From the NCBI RefSeq assembly GCF_004010195.1, contig NC_057749.1, positions 26,595,152 through 26,615,151 of the forward strand: a stretch of DNA of 20,000 nucleotides. The letters are read 5' to 3'. A program made the position numbers and the translations under genes. Shown here one piece after another: positions 1-10,504 of the stretch. How positions within the stretch are numbered: the stretch's first letter is position 1; every line of letters begins with the position of its first letter. The notes under the pieces are model-generated. The model saw only the letters and a list, made by a program, of their open reading frames with translations. It was not told where the DNA came from and made no database searches. Source of the DNA: Chiloscyllium plagiosum. Its lineage: Eukaryota.

Positions 1-85
1 TGTAATGGACACAGATTCAATAGTAACCTTCAAAATAGAATTAGATAAATATTTGAAGAAAATCAAAGGCGCTGAGAAAGGATAA
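1..85 (+). mobile_element. CR1/HER1-type LINE, ORF2 C-terminal fragment
   Basis: Translates as VMDTDSIVTFKIELDKYLKK, resembling the end of CR1 ORF2. Confidence 0.6.
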
Positions 86-813
86 GTTAGTCCATTTAAA
101 TAAACATGATAAACAGTAAGCAAATAGTATCACCACCATTGCGTTAGGTGAGACCAAGAACTGTCCCTCTGATAATTATTCCATTCATTCTGACTCCTAT
201 CATTGTTTATAAAAAAAAGTAAAACATTGATTTAAAATCTCCACCATACTTTAGCTCTATTCTCTCTTTAATGTGGTTCTTTATTTTAATACACTCATGT
301 GTACTATTTTTAAAAATGAGGAAATAACTTCAACAGGAGATAAGTAAGTAAATTTCACAATGAAATGTTAAAGACGTAGAATAATGCTGTAATGCTGCAA
401 CAGCCTCTTCCAGAAATTCGCCTGTAGACCATCACCATCCTCTAAGTTTAACAATCCTCAGACACAGTACTACAGGTGAGGGAAGGAGGTGGGTCTCTAT
501 TTGAATTTAGCCTAAGAATGATGACAGGAGGATTAATGGAACAGTCAGTCTCAGTCAGCTCAATCCCATCTGATATCTAACCCATGAAACAAAGCATTGC
601 CTCTCTGTCCGTCATTGATCGAACGCCAGGATCTCACTTTCCATCATTCAGCCACTTTCACTCCAACAATTTCACTTTCTTGTCTTTTCCCTTTGGTATT
701 GTTCAGAGAAGAGGAAGATCCAATTCGGCTTCATCACCAGGAGAATACCGTAAGGTTGAACTGCTTAAATTTTTATTTTTTATTTAAAACTTGCTTTTTT
801 ATATTGTAAAATT

Positions 814-821
814 TGACGTCA
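814..821. promoter_or_regulatory. Perfect palindromic CRE, TGACGTCA
   Basis: Exact match that keeps its CpG in a CpG-poor background. Function is unproven. Confidence 0.35.
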
Positions 822-850
822 CATGCCTGCTGATAGGTACTTGGTAATTG

Positions 851-1500
851 TTAACCAGTATTTAATTGACCAATGGGTGGCTTACCAATGGATGGTTATC
901 CATTTGCATTTAATGAGTGGGTAGTCAATTAATGGGTAGTTATCCAGTGGCAGATTATGGGTAGTTAATTAATGGGTGCTTAACCAAAACCAGTCAAATA
1001 GTTAGTTGATTAATGAGTAAATTAACCCGCTGTAGTTAACCAGCACACATTGTTAATTCACAGTAATAATTAATTACTAAGCAGTTAACTACTAGGTGGC
1101 CAATTAGCAGCCTGTCAACTAGCAATTATTAACAAGTGAGTGGGCTATTAACTGAAAATAATTACTTTCCACAGGACAATTAGGGTGTGAAACAACTACT
1201 CATTTTGCCATTGGTGTCAAATCCCATGAATGAAGTTCAAAAAATGTAAATAGTTAAGCAATGAATAGTTAATTATTGTTAGTTAATTCATAGGAGCTTA
1301 ACTAGTGTGCAATAAATTAGCAGTTAGTTATTGGGCCATTAGATAGGCTATTAATGAGCAAAAGTTAATAAGTGTGTTGTTAAGTTGTGGGTAGATGACC
1401 AACAATCTGTGAACTGCCCAATAAGCCATTAACTCATGAATGGTTAGACAATGACACTTAACCTATGGGCAGATAATTAGAAAGCAGTTAATCAGTAGCT
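851..1500. repeat. Highly degenerate tandem array with about 15-bp period (consensus about TTAAYYAATGGGYAG)
   Basis: Units include ttgaccaatgggtgg (866), cttaccaatggatgg (881), ttaatgagtgggtag (910), tcaattaatgggtag (925), ttatccagtggcaga (940) and ttaattaatgggtgc (965); later ttaagcaatgaatag, ttaagttgtgggtag, ttaacctatgggcag. Interrupted at about 1160-1250. Confidence 0.7.
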
Positions 1501-2344
1501 ATGGGGATATAGACTGTCAGTCAGGAAATAACACCAGCATTTTGACATATTGCTTCCATGTAGCAGTTCAGGAGTTTTACTTATGGTCCAGTCTGTTACA
1601 AATCATTATAGAATTTATTTTATTATAAATTTAAAGTAAGTCACGAATACTGTGCAGGGCTTCTGTCTGAAGTATTTGTTTCAGGATTGAATTCTATTTG
1701 AATTTGGCTTTTTAAACTAATGTAAATAATGAATTAAATCATGGAATCAATCAGACAAGGTTAGTAACAGACACTAGGTTTATGCCAATGTATTGCTACA
1801 AACCTGGCTACAGTCACAGCCTGTAGCTTGTCCCACCTCACTAGTTGATTTCATTCATCGAATGATGTATAACAGAATGGGGGTATTTGATTGTTTGTGT
1901 TTTGATAGAGTTCTTGAATTAATTCTATTCCCCCTGCCTTATCCCCATACACCTGTAGATAACTTTCCCCTTGAACCGTTTGGAGATCTGGCCCTATGTC
2001 AGGGCAGACTGGGCTGTCCTCAGTTACTTCAGAAATGAGCCAGGATCACACTCAGCCAGCAGTGGTCTCTCTTTCTCAGGAGTCACTTGAACAATTGATT
2101 GATTGATGACGTAGGGAAGGTGGAACAGGGCCCAAGATCACAGAGTCACTTGTGCTTCTGAATGAGATGACATGCTATACTGACCTCAGTGTTATTAAAC
2201 TGTTCTCGGTCTCAAGAAGGAGCAATAAAGTAAAATTCCTGAATGTCAAAACATAGGATTTGGGGAAATAAAAATTTATTTCATGTCAGATACCATGCTG
2301 CAGAAAGCCTAGAGGAATCTAGAAAATGCAGAGGTAAACATGCA

Positions 2345-2635
2345 ACCATATCAGTAAGAAACAAGGACCATTGATCCCCTCTAACTGGCTTCACTATTCA
2401 AAAACATTTGGTTGATCTGATGTAATGTTAACACCATATTTCAATCTATGCCTGATAACATTTGACTCACTTTTTAGTGGAGAGTCTATCTATTGCTGCC
2501 TTAAAAATATTCAGTGACTCTCTGGAGGAATGAGTTCCAAAGCTCACGTTCCTTAAGTTCAGCTTTTGTTGGGTAGGGGGGGTAGCACCATTTCAGAACC
2601 CACCTTAAGATCCTACATGTTTCAGTAAGATCAAT
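2345..2635 (-). mobile_element. Degraded CR1-type LINE 3' end
   Basis: Resembles the reverse complement of CR1 3' ends; shares gccttaaaaatatt with 3030-3235. Confidence 0.5.
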
Positions 2636-2829
2636 GCACATATATGTAAAGATATTGGTAAGTAAAGTTGAGCTAAACCAAAAGATGTTTGTGAAATAAA
2701 AGAAGAGCAGAAGGAAAGTGCAGGGATAATTTCAAGGCAAAAGAAAATTCAGCTTTCAGAAAATGGAACAGGCACTGTCAAAGAGGCACACTCTGAAATA
2801 TTGGATGGGATAAACATTGTGAGTGAGCA

Positions 2830-3010
2830 TAAATGGCCACACCCATGCTGTACATTTCTATGACTCTAAATGGAAACCCGGTTGCTAGGAGATGCCAGAG
2901 AGAAAATGCCAGAAGGTCTAGTCCGTCACTTTCAAATCCTTCCTGGATACAGGCATGTTATTGGAGGACTGGAAACTACTAACGCTGTCCTACATATAAA
3001 TAAAAAACAA
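2830..3010 (+). mobile_element. Degraded CR1 ORF2 fragment
   Basis: Frameshifted remnant of the pre-RT motif 'FQxSLDTG..EDWKxxNV' (ctggatacaggc...ggaggactggaaactactaacg). Confidence 0.55.
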
Positions 3011-3029
3011 AAGCAGACCACTCAGCCCT

Positions 3030-3235
3030 GCCCTTCAATAATATTGTGGCTGAATTGATTTAAACCTTGATTCTACATTCCTGCATATCCTTGGTAATCT
3101 TTCATCTGCTTGGTCATGAAGAACCTACCTACCTCTGCCTTAAAAATATTTGAAGATTCTATGTCCATTGACTTTTGAGGAAGAAAATTCTAAATACTAA
3201 TGTTTCTCAGTGAGAAATTATGTTTGTTTTAAATG
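3030..3235 (-). mobile_element. Degraded CR1-type LINE 3' end
   Basis: Pattern 'ttcaataatattgtggctgaa...acctctgccttaaaaatatt...tgaggaagaaaattc', typical of antisense CR1 3' fragments. Confidence 0.55.
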
Positions 3236-3259
3236 GTCAGGTGTTTAAATAGAGAAGGG

Positions 3260-4433
3260 AGAGCTTGAATTGTAAAAGGCCAAGCAGCTTCATCTCGGTG
3301 AAGGGCAAACAAGTGGAAACATTGTGGGCAACAGGAGAAAATATTATTTAGAGAAAAACAGATTCATCAAAGAGTAAGCACGGATTTGTTAAGGAAATGT
3401 CATGTCTGATTAATTATGCAATTCTTTGAGAAGGTAAGAGGTAAGAGGTAGGTTGGATAAGAGTCACCTGGTGGTCTTAGTCACATGCATTTTAGTCAGA
3501 TTCCTCATGCCAAACTGAAGAAGTAAATTAAAAGCTTATGTAATCCATGTTGAATCAAAGAGTGACCCAATGGAAGTCTGTGCTTTTTAATTTAATCATT
3601 CAAAGTTGGATGGAGAAATGGCAGGTGGAGTTTAATCTTGGACACGTGTGAGTTAATTCATTTTGGGAGGGAGGTCAAATGCAAGAAGAAATTATGCAGT
3701 AAATGGTAGGATCCTGAGGAGCACTGTTATACAGAGGGATCTTGGGGTGCAAGTCTATAGTTCCCCAGAAGTGCTAATACAAATGGATATCATGGTAAGG
3801 AAGGCATAAGACCTTAATCAGTTCAGGCATTGAGTATAAAAGTTGGCAACTCATGTTGCAACTGTATAACATTTTAGTTAGGTCACGTTTGGAATATTGC
3901 GTGCAGTTCTGATTGCCACATTACAGGAAGGATGTCAAGTCTTTGGAGAGGCTGCAAAGAGGTTCACCAGGATATTGCCTGGATTGGAGTACATTAGCTA
4001 CAAGGAGAGATTAGACAAACTTGGATTATTTTTACTGGAGCGTCAGAGGCTGAGGGGCAACCTGATAGAAGTAAATAAAATTATGAGAGCCATGGATAGG
4101 GTGGGTAGTAAGGGTCACTTTGCCAGTAGGAAATGTCAAATACTAGGGGGTGTACATTTAAACAGAGAGGGGAAAATTTAAAGGAGATGTGTGAGGAAAG
4201 CTTTTTACACAGAGAGTGGTAGAAGCCCAGAATGTGCTGCTAGGGAAGGTGGTGGAAGCAGATATGTTAGCAAAATTCAAGAGACATTTAAGCAGGCATG
4301 TGAATAAACAGGGAACAGAGGGATAGAAGCTATGTGCAGGTAGGTGGCATGAGTTTAGAATATCATAATGGTTGGTGCAGATATATAGGGCTAAAAAGCT
4401 TGTTCCTATGCTGTACTGCTCTATGTTCCATGT
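3260..4433 (+). mobile_element. CR1/HER1-type LINE, internally deleted 3' part with intact 3' tail
   Basis: ORF 3897..4181 contains RILPGLEYISYKERLDKLGLFLLERQRLRGNLIEVNKIMRAMDRV (CR1 ORF2 C-terminus). Ends in ctgtactgctctatgttccatgt. Confidence 0.85.
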
Positions 4434-4949
4434 GGGGGTTCAGCATTTATTTCCTGTCCCGAGTTGCCTTCTTGAACCGCTGCAGTGCATGTGCTGTAGG
4501 TTGAACTATAGTCTTGTTGGGGAGGGAATTCCAGGATTTTAACCCAGTCACAGTGATGGAATGGCAATATATTTCCAAATCAGGATAATGAGTGGCTTGA
4601 TGGGAACTTGCAGGTGGTGGTGCTCCCATTCACCTGCTGCCCTTGTCCTTCTAGATGGAAATAGTTTTGGGTTTGGAAGGTGCTGTCCAAGGATCATTGG
4701 TGGATTTCTGCCATGCATTTTGTACATAGTACACACTGCTGCTACTGAGCACCAGTGTGGAGAGAGAGGGTATTTGTGGATGCGGTGCCAATCAAGCGGG
4801 TTGCTTTGTCCTGGATGGTGTCAAGCTTCTTGAGTGTTGTTGGAGCTGCACCCATCCAGGAAAGTGGGGAATCACACTTCTGACTTGTGCCTTGTAAATG
4901 GTGGACAGCTTAGGAGGTGAGTTACTCACCACAGTATTGCAAGCCTGAT

Positions 4950-5124
4950 ATTGACATTTCCACCCTGTGAAAAAGATTGCAACTATTCAACCTATCCATG
5001 CCCCTCATAATTTTATATACTTGTATGAAGTCCTGCAGCCTCTGATGCTCTAGTGAAAATAATCCAAGTTTGTCCAACCTCTCCTTACATCTAAAACACT
5101 CCAAACCAGAAAAAATCATGGTGA
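4950..5124 (-). mobile_element. CR1/HER1 fragment nested in the LINE above
   Basis: ORF 4922..5119, KERLDKLGLFSLEHQRLQDFIQVYKIMRGMDR, is homologous to ORF 3897..4181. Confidence 0.8.
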
Positions 5125-6602
5125 TATTCCTTTTTTAGCTACAGTATTTAAATGGCTAGTCAAGTTCAGTTTCTGGTCAATGGTGTGTTGATTGTGGCGT
5201 TTCAATAATGGTGATGGCATCAAATGTCAAGGTGCAATGATTAGCTTCTCTCTTATTGAAGATGGTCATTGCCTAGCACTTGTGTAAAGCCAATGTTGCT
5301 TGTCACTTGTCAGTCCAAACCTGATATTCTCCAGATCTTGTTGCGTTTGGGTATGGACTGCTTCAGTATCTGAGGAGTTGTAAATGATGCTGTACATTCA
5401 TCAATGAACATCACCATTCTGACCTTATGAGGAAGGGAAGATCATTGATGAGGCAGCTGAAGATGGTTGGGCCTTGGGCATTTTCCTGAAGAACTCTTGC
5501 AGAGATGTCCTGGAGCTGAGATATCTGACCTCCAATAACACCATACCTTTGTGCCAGGTATGACTTCAAACAGTGGAGAACTTTTCCTGGATACCCATTG
5601 ATTCCAGTTTTGCTCGGGCTCCTTAATGCCCATTCAGTTAAATGCAGCCATGATGTCAATGGCTATCACTCTCACCTCACCCTTGGAATTTAATTGTTTT
5701 GTCCATGTTTGCACCAAAGCTGTAAGGAGGTCAGGAGCTGAGTGGCCCTGGCAGAACCTAAACTGGGCATCACTGGGCAGATTATTGCTGAGCAGGTGCT
5801 GCTTGATAGTACTGTTGATGACACCTTTCATCATTTTTGATTGCGAGCAGATTGATGGTGCAGTAATTGGCTGGGTTGGATTTTTCCTGTGTACAGGACA
5901 TACATGGCCAATTTTCCTCATCGTCAGATAAATACCAGTGTTGTAACTGTACTGGAACAACTTTGCTAGGGGAGTACAAGTTCTGGAGCACAGGTCTTCA
6001 GTACAATTGTTGGAATGTTGTCAGGGCCCATAGCCTTTGCAGTGTCTCCAACCATTTCTTGTCATTACTTGGAGTGAATCAAATTGACTGAAGACTGGAA
6101 TCTGTAATGCTGGGAACCACTGGAGGAAGCAGCAATGGATCATTATTCAATATGTCTGGCTGAAGATTGTTGCAAAGGCTTAAATTTTTCCTTTTGCGCT
6201 GATGTGCTGGGTTCCCCGATCATAAGAATGGGTACATTTGTGGGCCGTCTTCCTTCAGTGAGTTATTTAGTTGTCCACCACTGTTGATGACTAGATGTGG
6301 CAGGACTGCAGAGCTTAGATCTAATCCATTGATTGTGGAATCATTTACCTCAGTCTAGCACTTGTGGTATTTGGCATTCAGGTGATCCTGTTTGGTAGCT
6401 TCACCAGGTTGACACCTGTTACTGCTTCTGGCATTCCTTCCTGCACCCTTCATTGACTATGAGTTGGTCAGTTCTGCTGCTGTTGATGGTCCACAGCGCC
6501 TTATGGATATCGGTCTTGAGTTGCTCGAACTGTCCCATTTAGCACAGTGATAGTGCTACACAATGTCATGGAAGATACTCCACAAGGGCCGGAGTACTCC
6601 GG

Positions 6603-6894
6603 CCTCACAGCGCCGGAGACCCGGGTTCAATTCCCGCCTCAGGCGACTGACTGTGTGGAGTTTGCCCATTCTCCCTGTGTCTGCGTGGGTTTCCTTCGGG
6701 TGCTCTGGTTTCCTCCCACAGTCCAAAGATGTGCAGGTCAGGTGAATTGGTTATGCTAAATTGCCCGTAGTGTTAGGTAAGGGGTACACGTAGGGGTATT
6801 GGGTGGGTTGCGCTTCGGCGGGGCGGTGTGGACTTGTTGGGCCGAAGGGCCTGTTTCCACACTGTAAGTAATCTAATCTAATCTAATCTAATCT
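6603..6894 (+). mobile_element. HE1-type tRNA-derived V-SINE, 5'-truncated, with (AATCT)n tail
   Basis: B box GGTTCAATTCC; V-domain tgtgtggagtttgc..ttctccc..tctgcgtgggtttcc..gggtgctctggtttcctcccaca; CR1-like 3' end gggccgaagggcctgtttcc; about 5 AATCT units. Many CpGs remain, suggesting a young copy. Confidence 0.9.
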
Positions 6895-7589
6895 CAACTG
6901 TATACCACTGTGCCGCATCTTCTGCTGGGTCTGTCCTATCGGTAGGACAGGACATATCCAGGGATGTGGGATGGTGGTGTTTAGGACACGGTAAGGTATG
7001 ATTCCATGAGTATGACAATGTCAGATTGTTGCTTAACTAGTCTGAGAGACAACAGCAGATAATATGACATTGAATGAAATATTGGCAAGGAATATCCTGT
7101 TGATTATCATCTCACAATTTTGCTTCTCCACAAGGAACATACAAGAAAAACTGAACGTGGTAAGAGCAGAATAAATTCTGGGATGAGATGGTGAGTGTGG
7201 GATCTGGAATCCCCTACAGGATTGGATGGTAAAGACACAAACCCTTCTTGCAAAGAAAAAAAGGCAAAGTATGTTATAAACTACAGGGCCATAGATCAAG
7301 AACTGGGAATAGGGACAGAGGTAGATAATGGTGATCAAACTGCTCAGCTCTTTGTCAGGATGAGTGGCCTCCTTTTTTATTGTAAACCTGTGCTTAAAAT
7401 AGACAAGGCCATTTTATTCACTGTTTACCAGCCTGTTATCATAGAATATTATGATTTTAACCAATCATTGCCATCAATCTCTAATAATGAGCCAGCAACA
7501 CACTCAGTGGCTGTATAATAAGCACAACAAGAGTTCCTGTAGGTTCCTGCACCTTGGCAATCTGGTCTCAAGCCTTCATCAACCCTAAG

Positions 7590-7705
7590 GTGAATCATGA
7601 GAGCCCATGGTGTTGGAGATAGTGTATGGACATGGATAGAGAATTGTCTAATGGGCAGTAAATAGCGAGTGAAGATAGGGGGTTCTTTTTCAGGTTGGTG
7701 ATCCA
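7590..7705 (+). mobile_element. CR1 RT fragment
   Basis: Translates as RAHGVGDSVWTWIENCLMGSK*RVKIGGSFSGW. Confidence 0.7.
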
Positions 7706-7844
7706 GAAACCCAATGCCCGGCTTTTTCACCTTTCACTGTCAGCTGTCATGAAGGGAGTGACTGTGAGGTTCGAGCATTTAATTCCAATGTTGACCTGAT
7801 AGTCCAAGGTAGACAGGCAGGAGGATAGAAGAACACAGCAAGCC

Positions 7845-7898
7845 AGGCACCGTCTGGAGGCGCAGAAGTCGACGTTTCGGGTGTAACCCTTCTTCAAG
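7845..7898 (-). mobile_element. Penelope-type short element fragment with mutated hammerhead core
   Basis: Minus strand reads gac TTGAAGA A GGGT tac ACCC GAAACGTC gac; the first core base is T rather than C. Confidence 0.6.
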
Positions 7899-8533
7899 TC
7901 CAACTGTTAGAGCCACTTACTCAAAATTCAAATTCAATTCAGTGCCCATAACATAAACTCTGCTAAATAAAATATATAACGTGTTTGAAACTTCCTGCTG
8001 GAAACACAGCTCATCTCTATCTCATTACAAACCAAAAATCAGAGTGAAGAAACATGAAATAATGAATAGTGTATATAAAATGAGGTTAAGAACCCAAACT
8101 AACTTCAGACCACATCCCCTACTCCAGTTAATGGCAATGACTCACAGCTTATCCTAATGTAACTGGAACTGTAAAGACAACTTTCAGTGTCAACAAAATA
8201 CAGATATACAAAACAATTTTAATGAGCTTTAGCATTTCATTTCACCTTTACTGAGCCCAACTCTTGAGACAACATCCATTTCATGTTCAGTTCAAAGATT
8301 TAAATATAGTTGTCTATTTCAAGCCTCAGTTAGGCTCTGGAATATTGCAACTCTTTAAAATATTGGTCATTGAAAATTGTCTGAGGTTTCAGGACATTGT
8401 TAATAAATCACCTTGACTCCCTCCACCCACAGGAAGTCCCACAGTTGCCTCATCATCCTTATACACCTCAGTTGCTTTTGAAATGTGTTTCCTTAAACTT
8501 TAAAACATACAATCATTAGCCTTAAGAGGACAT

Positions 8534-8588
8534 TGATGTCATTATCTGGGAGTCGTATATAAACCAGGCAGAATAGTGAATCTCAGTT
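8534..8588 (+). promoter_or_regulatory. Candidate pth2 core promoter: CRE-like TGATGTCA (8534-41), TATATAAA (8556-63), initiator TCAGTT (8583-88)
   Basis: The first T of the TATA box is 29 nt upstream of the initiator A (8585). The site is in non-repetitive sequence with several retained CpGs and is followed by a strong splice donor. Coding exon A starts at a splice acceptor, so an upstream exon is needed. Confidence 0.6.
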
Positions 8589-8660
8589 CTGTGCACCCAA
8601 ACAACGATCAACATCACTCGTGTTGAATCCGAAGTAAATTGTGATATCTATGGTGAGGCG
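8585..8660 (+). other. pth2: Putative first (mostly non-coding) exon of pth2
   Basis: Runs from the initiator to donor GCG|GTGAGT at 8661, with an alternative donor ATG|GTGAGG at 8653. This matches the PTH-family layout of 5'UTR exon, signal-peptide exon and hormone exon. Confidence 0.55.
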
Positions 8661-8794
8661 GTGAGTACAATTGTTTTCTTCCTCAATTTGAACAACAAGG
8701 CAAGAATAAGAAGCCGTTATCTTCCAGTAATCCAAATGAGAGGCTCGGGTTAAGCCCTGAACAGCCAGATGGAGAAATTGTAGCCTTCTCTGCG

Positions 8795-9075
8795 TGATCC
8801 CCTCTCCCCCACTCAAACCCCTGATCCCCTCTCCCTCACTCAAACCCCTGATCCCCTCTCCCCCACTCAANNNNNNNNNNNNNNNNNNNNNNNNNNNNNN
8901 NNNNNNNNNNNNNNNNNNNNNNNNNNNNNNNNNNNNNNNNNNNNNNNNNNNNNNNNNNNNNNNNNNNNNNNNNNNNNNNNNNNNCTCAGACCCCTGATCC
9001 CCTCTCCCCCTCTCAGACCCCTGATCTCGTCTCCCCCTCTCAGACCCCTGATCCCCTCTCCCCCTCTCAAACTCA
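8795..9075. repeat. 24-bp minisatellite (CCCTGATCCCCTCTCCCCCWCTCARA-like) spanning a 114-N assembly gap (8871-8984)
   Basis: About 3 units are visible on each side of the gap; the true copy number is unknown. Confidence 0.95.
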
Positions 9076-9949
9076 TGATTGCCACCTGTTACATTCAAAC
9101 CTGATTTCCAACCCCCTTCCCATAAAGCCATCTAATGACAAAGCTTTTTCGTTTGAAATTATCTCTGTATCAGTCTCTGAGTGGGTTTGACTCATATTCT
9201 ACAGATTAGTCTGGAGTTACTTGTTCTGCCCTGGGGCATTTTTAGGGAAATGAATCATTGGCAATTTCCACGGGGTTGGCTGGTAGGAAAAAAAATTGAG
9301 GCAGGGTTTTTTTACAGTTCACAATCAATGCCAGCTATTGGAAAATGCTGCTAAAAAACCCAATAAAAATGGATTGGGCTGGTGACATCTATTAAATTTC
9401 AAGAGTCTGTTTGTTTCCTGAGGCATTTTAGAATTCCCATTGTAAATCAATCAGTTGGGTTTGTTGTAAATGCGACCTTTACAAGACAGTTTTAAAATAA
9501 ACATTTAGTTCAAAGTAAGACTCCGAATTCCAGATAAACACCTCAACAGGCCTGTGTGATCCATTCTACAGAAGAGAGAAATTCAAGCTGAAGTTCATTG
9601 ACATTATTAGGGATTTGCCCCAGGAGCTGTAAACATGAGGAAAATTTGTTCTGCCTTTAGAATGCCTGCGGAATCTATAATTGATTTTAGAAAAAATTGA
9701 AAGGGAATGTTAAGATTTCTTGTGAAATCAATCATAACTTTAGGATAGTAAGAAATATTGATCTGTTGTGACCTAGTGCCTCTGAAGATTACTCACAGGA
9801 ATGAACTTAAAATACAAAGGCCTCAAGTTGCACTCACCAGAGCAGAAAAAGGTTCGGGTGTGTCCATGTTACTTCAACTACTGGGACTTGACAGTTCAGA
9901 AGATTCTAGAAAGATGTCAACGCTATCTCTTTGACTATTCTTAAATGGG

Positions 9950-10445
9950 ATGTGACAAAGCCAGCATTTGTTGCCCAGGTTTGGCTCCTATTGAACTGAA
10001 TAGTTTGCTTGACTATTTCAAGGGCAGTTAAGAGTTAACCTATTGCTGTGGGACAGAAATATGCAGGAGACAATAGAGGAGTCTGGGACATGTTCTGTAA
10101 TGGTTCAGGTTCAATAAATGTCACAATATTAGAATATTGCTTGACCATTCTGTGGGATAGCTCTCCCAATTTTGGAAAAAGTCCCCAGATGTCAGTGAGG
10201 AGGACGTCGAAGATCAACCGTACCTGATGATCCTTTACTATTTCTGCTGCTTTAGCGGATACATGTGGCTTGTCTGGCTTTATTCTTTCTTGATGCTTTT
10301 ATGGTGGTTGAATACAGCAGATTAGCTTGTCAGGCTCTTTCAGAAATCAGTTTTGAAACCCGTACATCTCTGGGTCCAGAGTCCCAAATCGGAAATGAAG
10401 GATCAAGTTCCTTCCCTAAACAACATTAATGAAGCAATCAGTAAT
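9950..10445 (-). mobile_element. Old LINE fragments, same family as 4440-7055
   Basis: gcttgaccattctgtgggatagctctcccaattttgg resembles 7030-7055 and 12980-13010; ccagcatttgttgccca resembles 11995-12010. Confidence 0.5.
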
Positions 10446-10504
10446 TTCACCATCGAGAAAAAAGTCTGCAGAAATATGTGGAAAAGGAATTAGATGAATT
10501 GTTT

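Larger units (their letters stand above)
4440..7055 (-). mobile_element. Degraded non-LTR retrotransposon (CR1/L2 group, a second family), endonuclease through RT to 3' end, with two nested insertions
   Basis: RT remnants in minus-strand ORFs: SKMMKGVINSTIKQHLLSNNLPSDAQFRFCQGHSAPDLL...IAIDIMAAFN (5634..5960), GPTIFSCLINDLP (5411..5659) and KSWNSLPN...LQRFKKA (4447..4629). Sequence resumes after the SINE at about 6895. Confidence 0.8.

Noticed and set aside
851..1500. Pentapeptide-repeat coding exon
   Set aside because: Frequent TAA/TAG stops and unit-length indels; no ORF of 60 aa or more.
6603..6640. tRNA gene (also 11000-11044)
   Set aside because: The A and B boxes belong to SINE heads followed by a V-domain; there is no complete cloverleaf.
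7033..7518. Opposing ORFs of about 100 aa
   Set aside because: No recognisable motifs or convincing splice context; likely chance ORFs.
8583..9131. 182-aa minus-strand ORF and overlapping ORFs
   Set aside because: They arise from translating a 24-bp minisatellite and an N gap.
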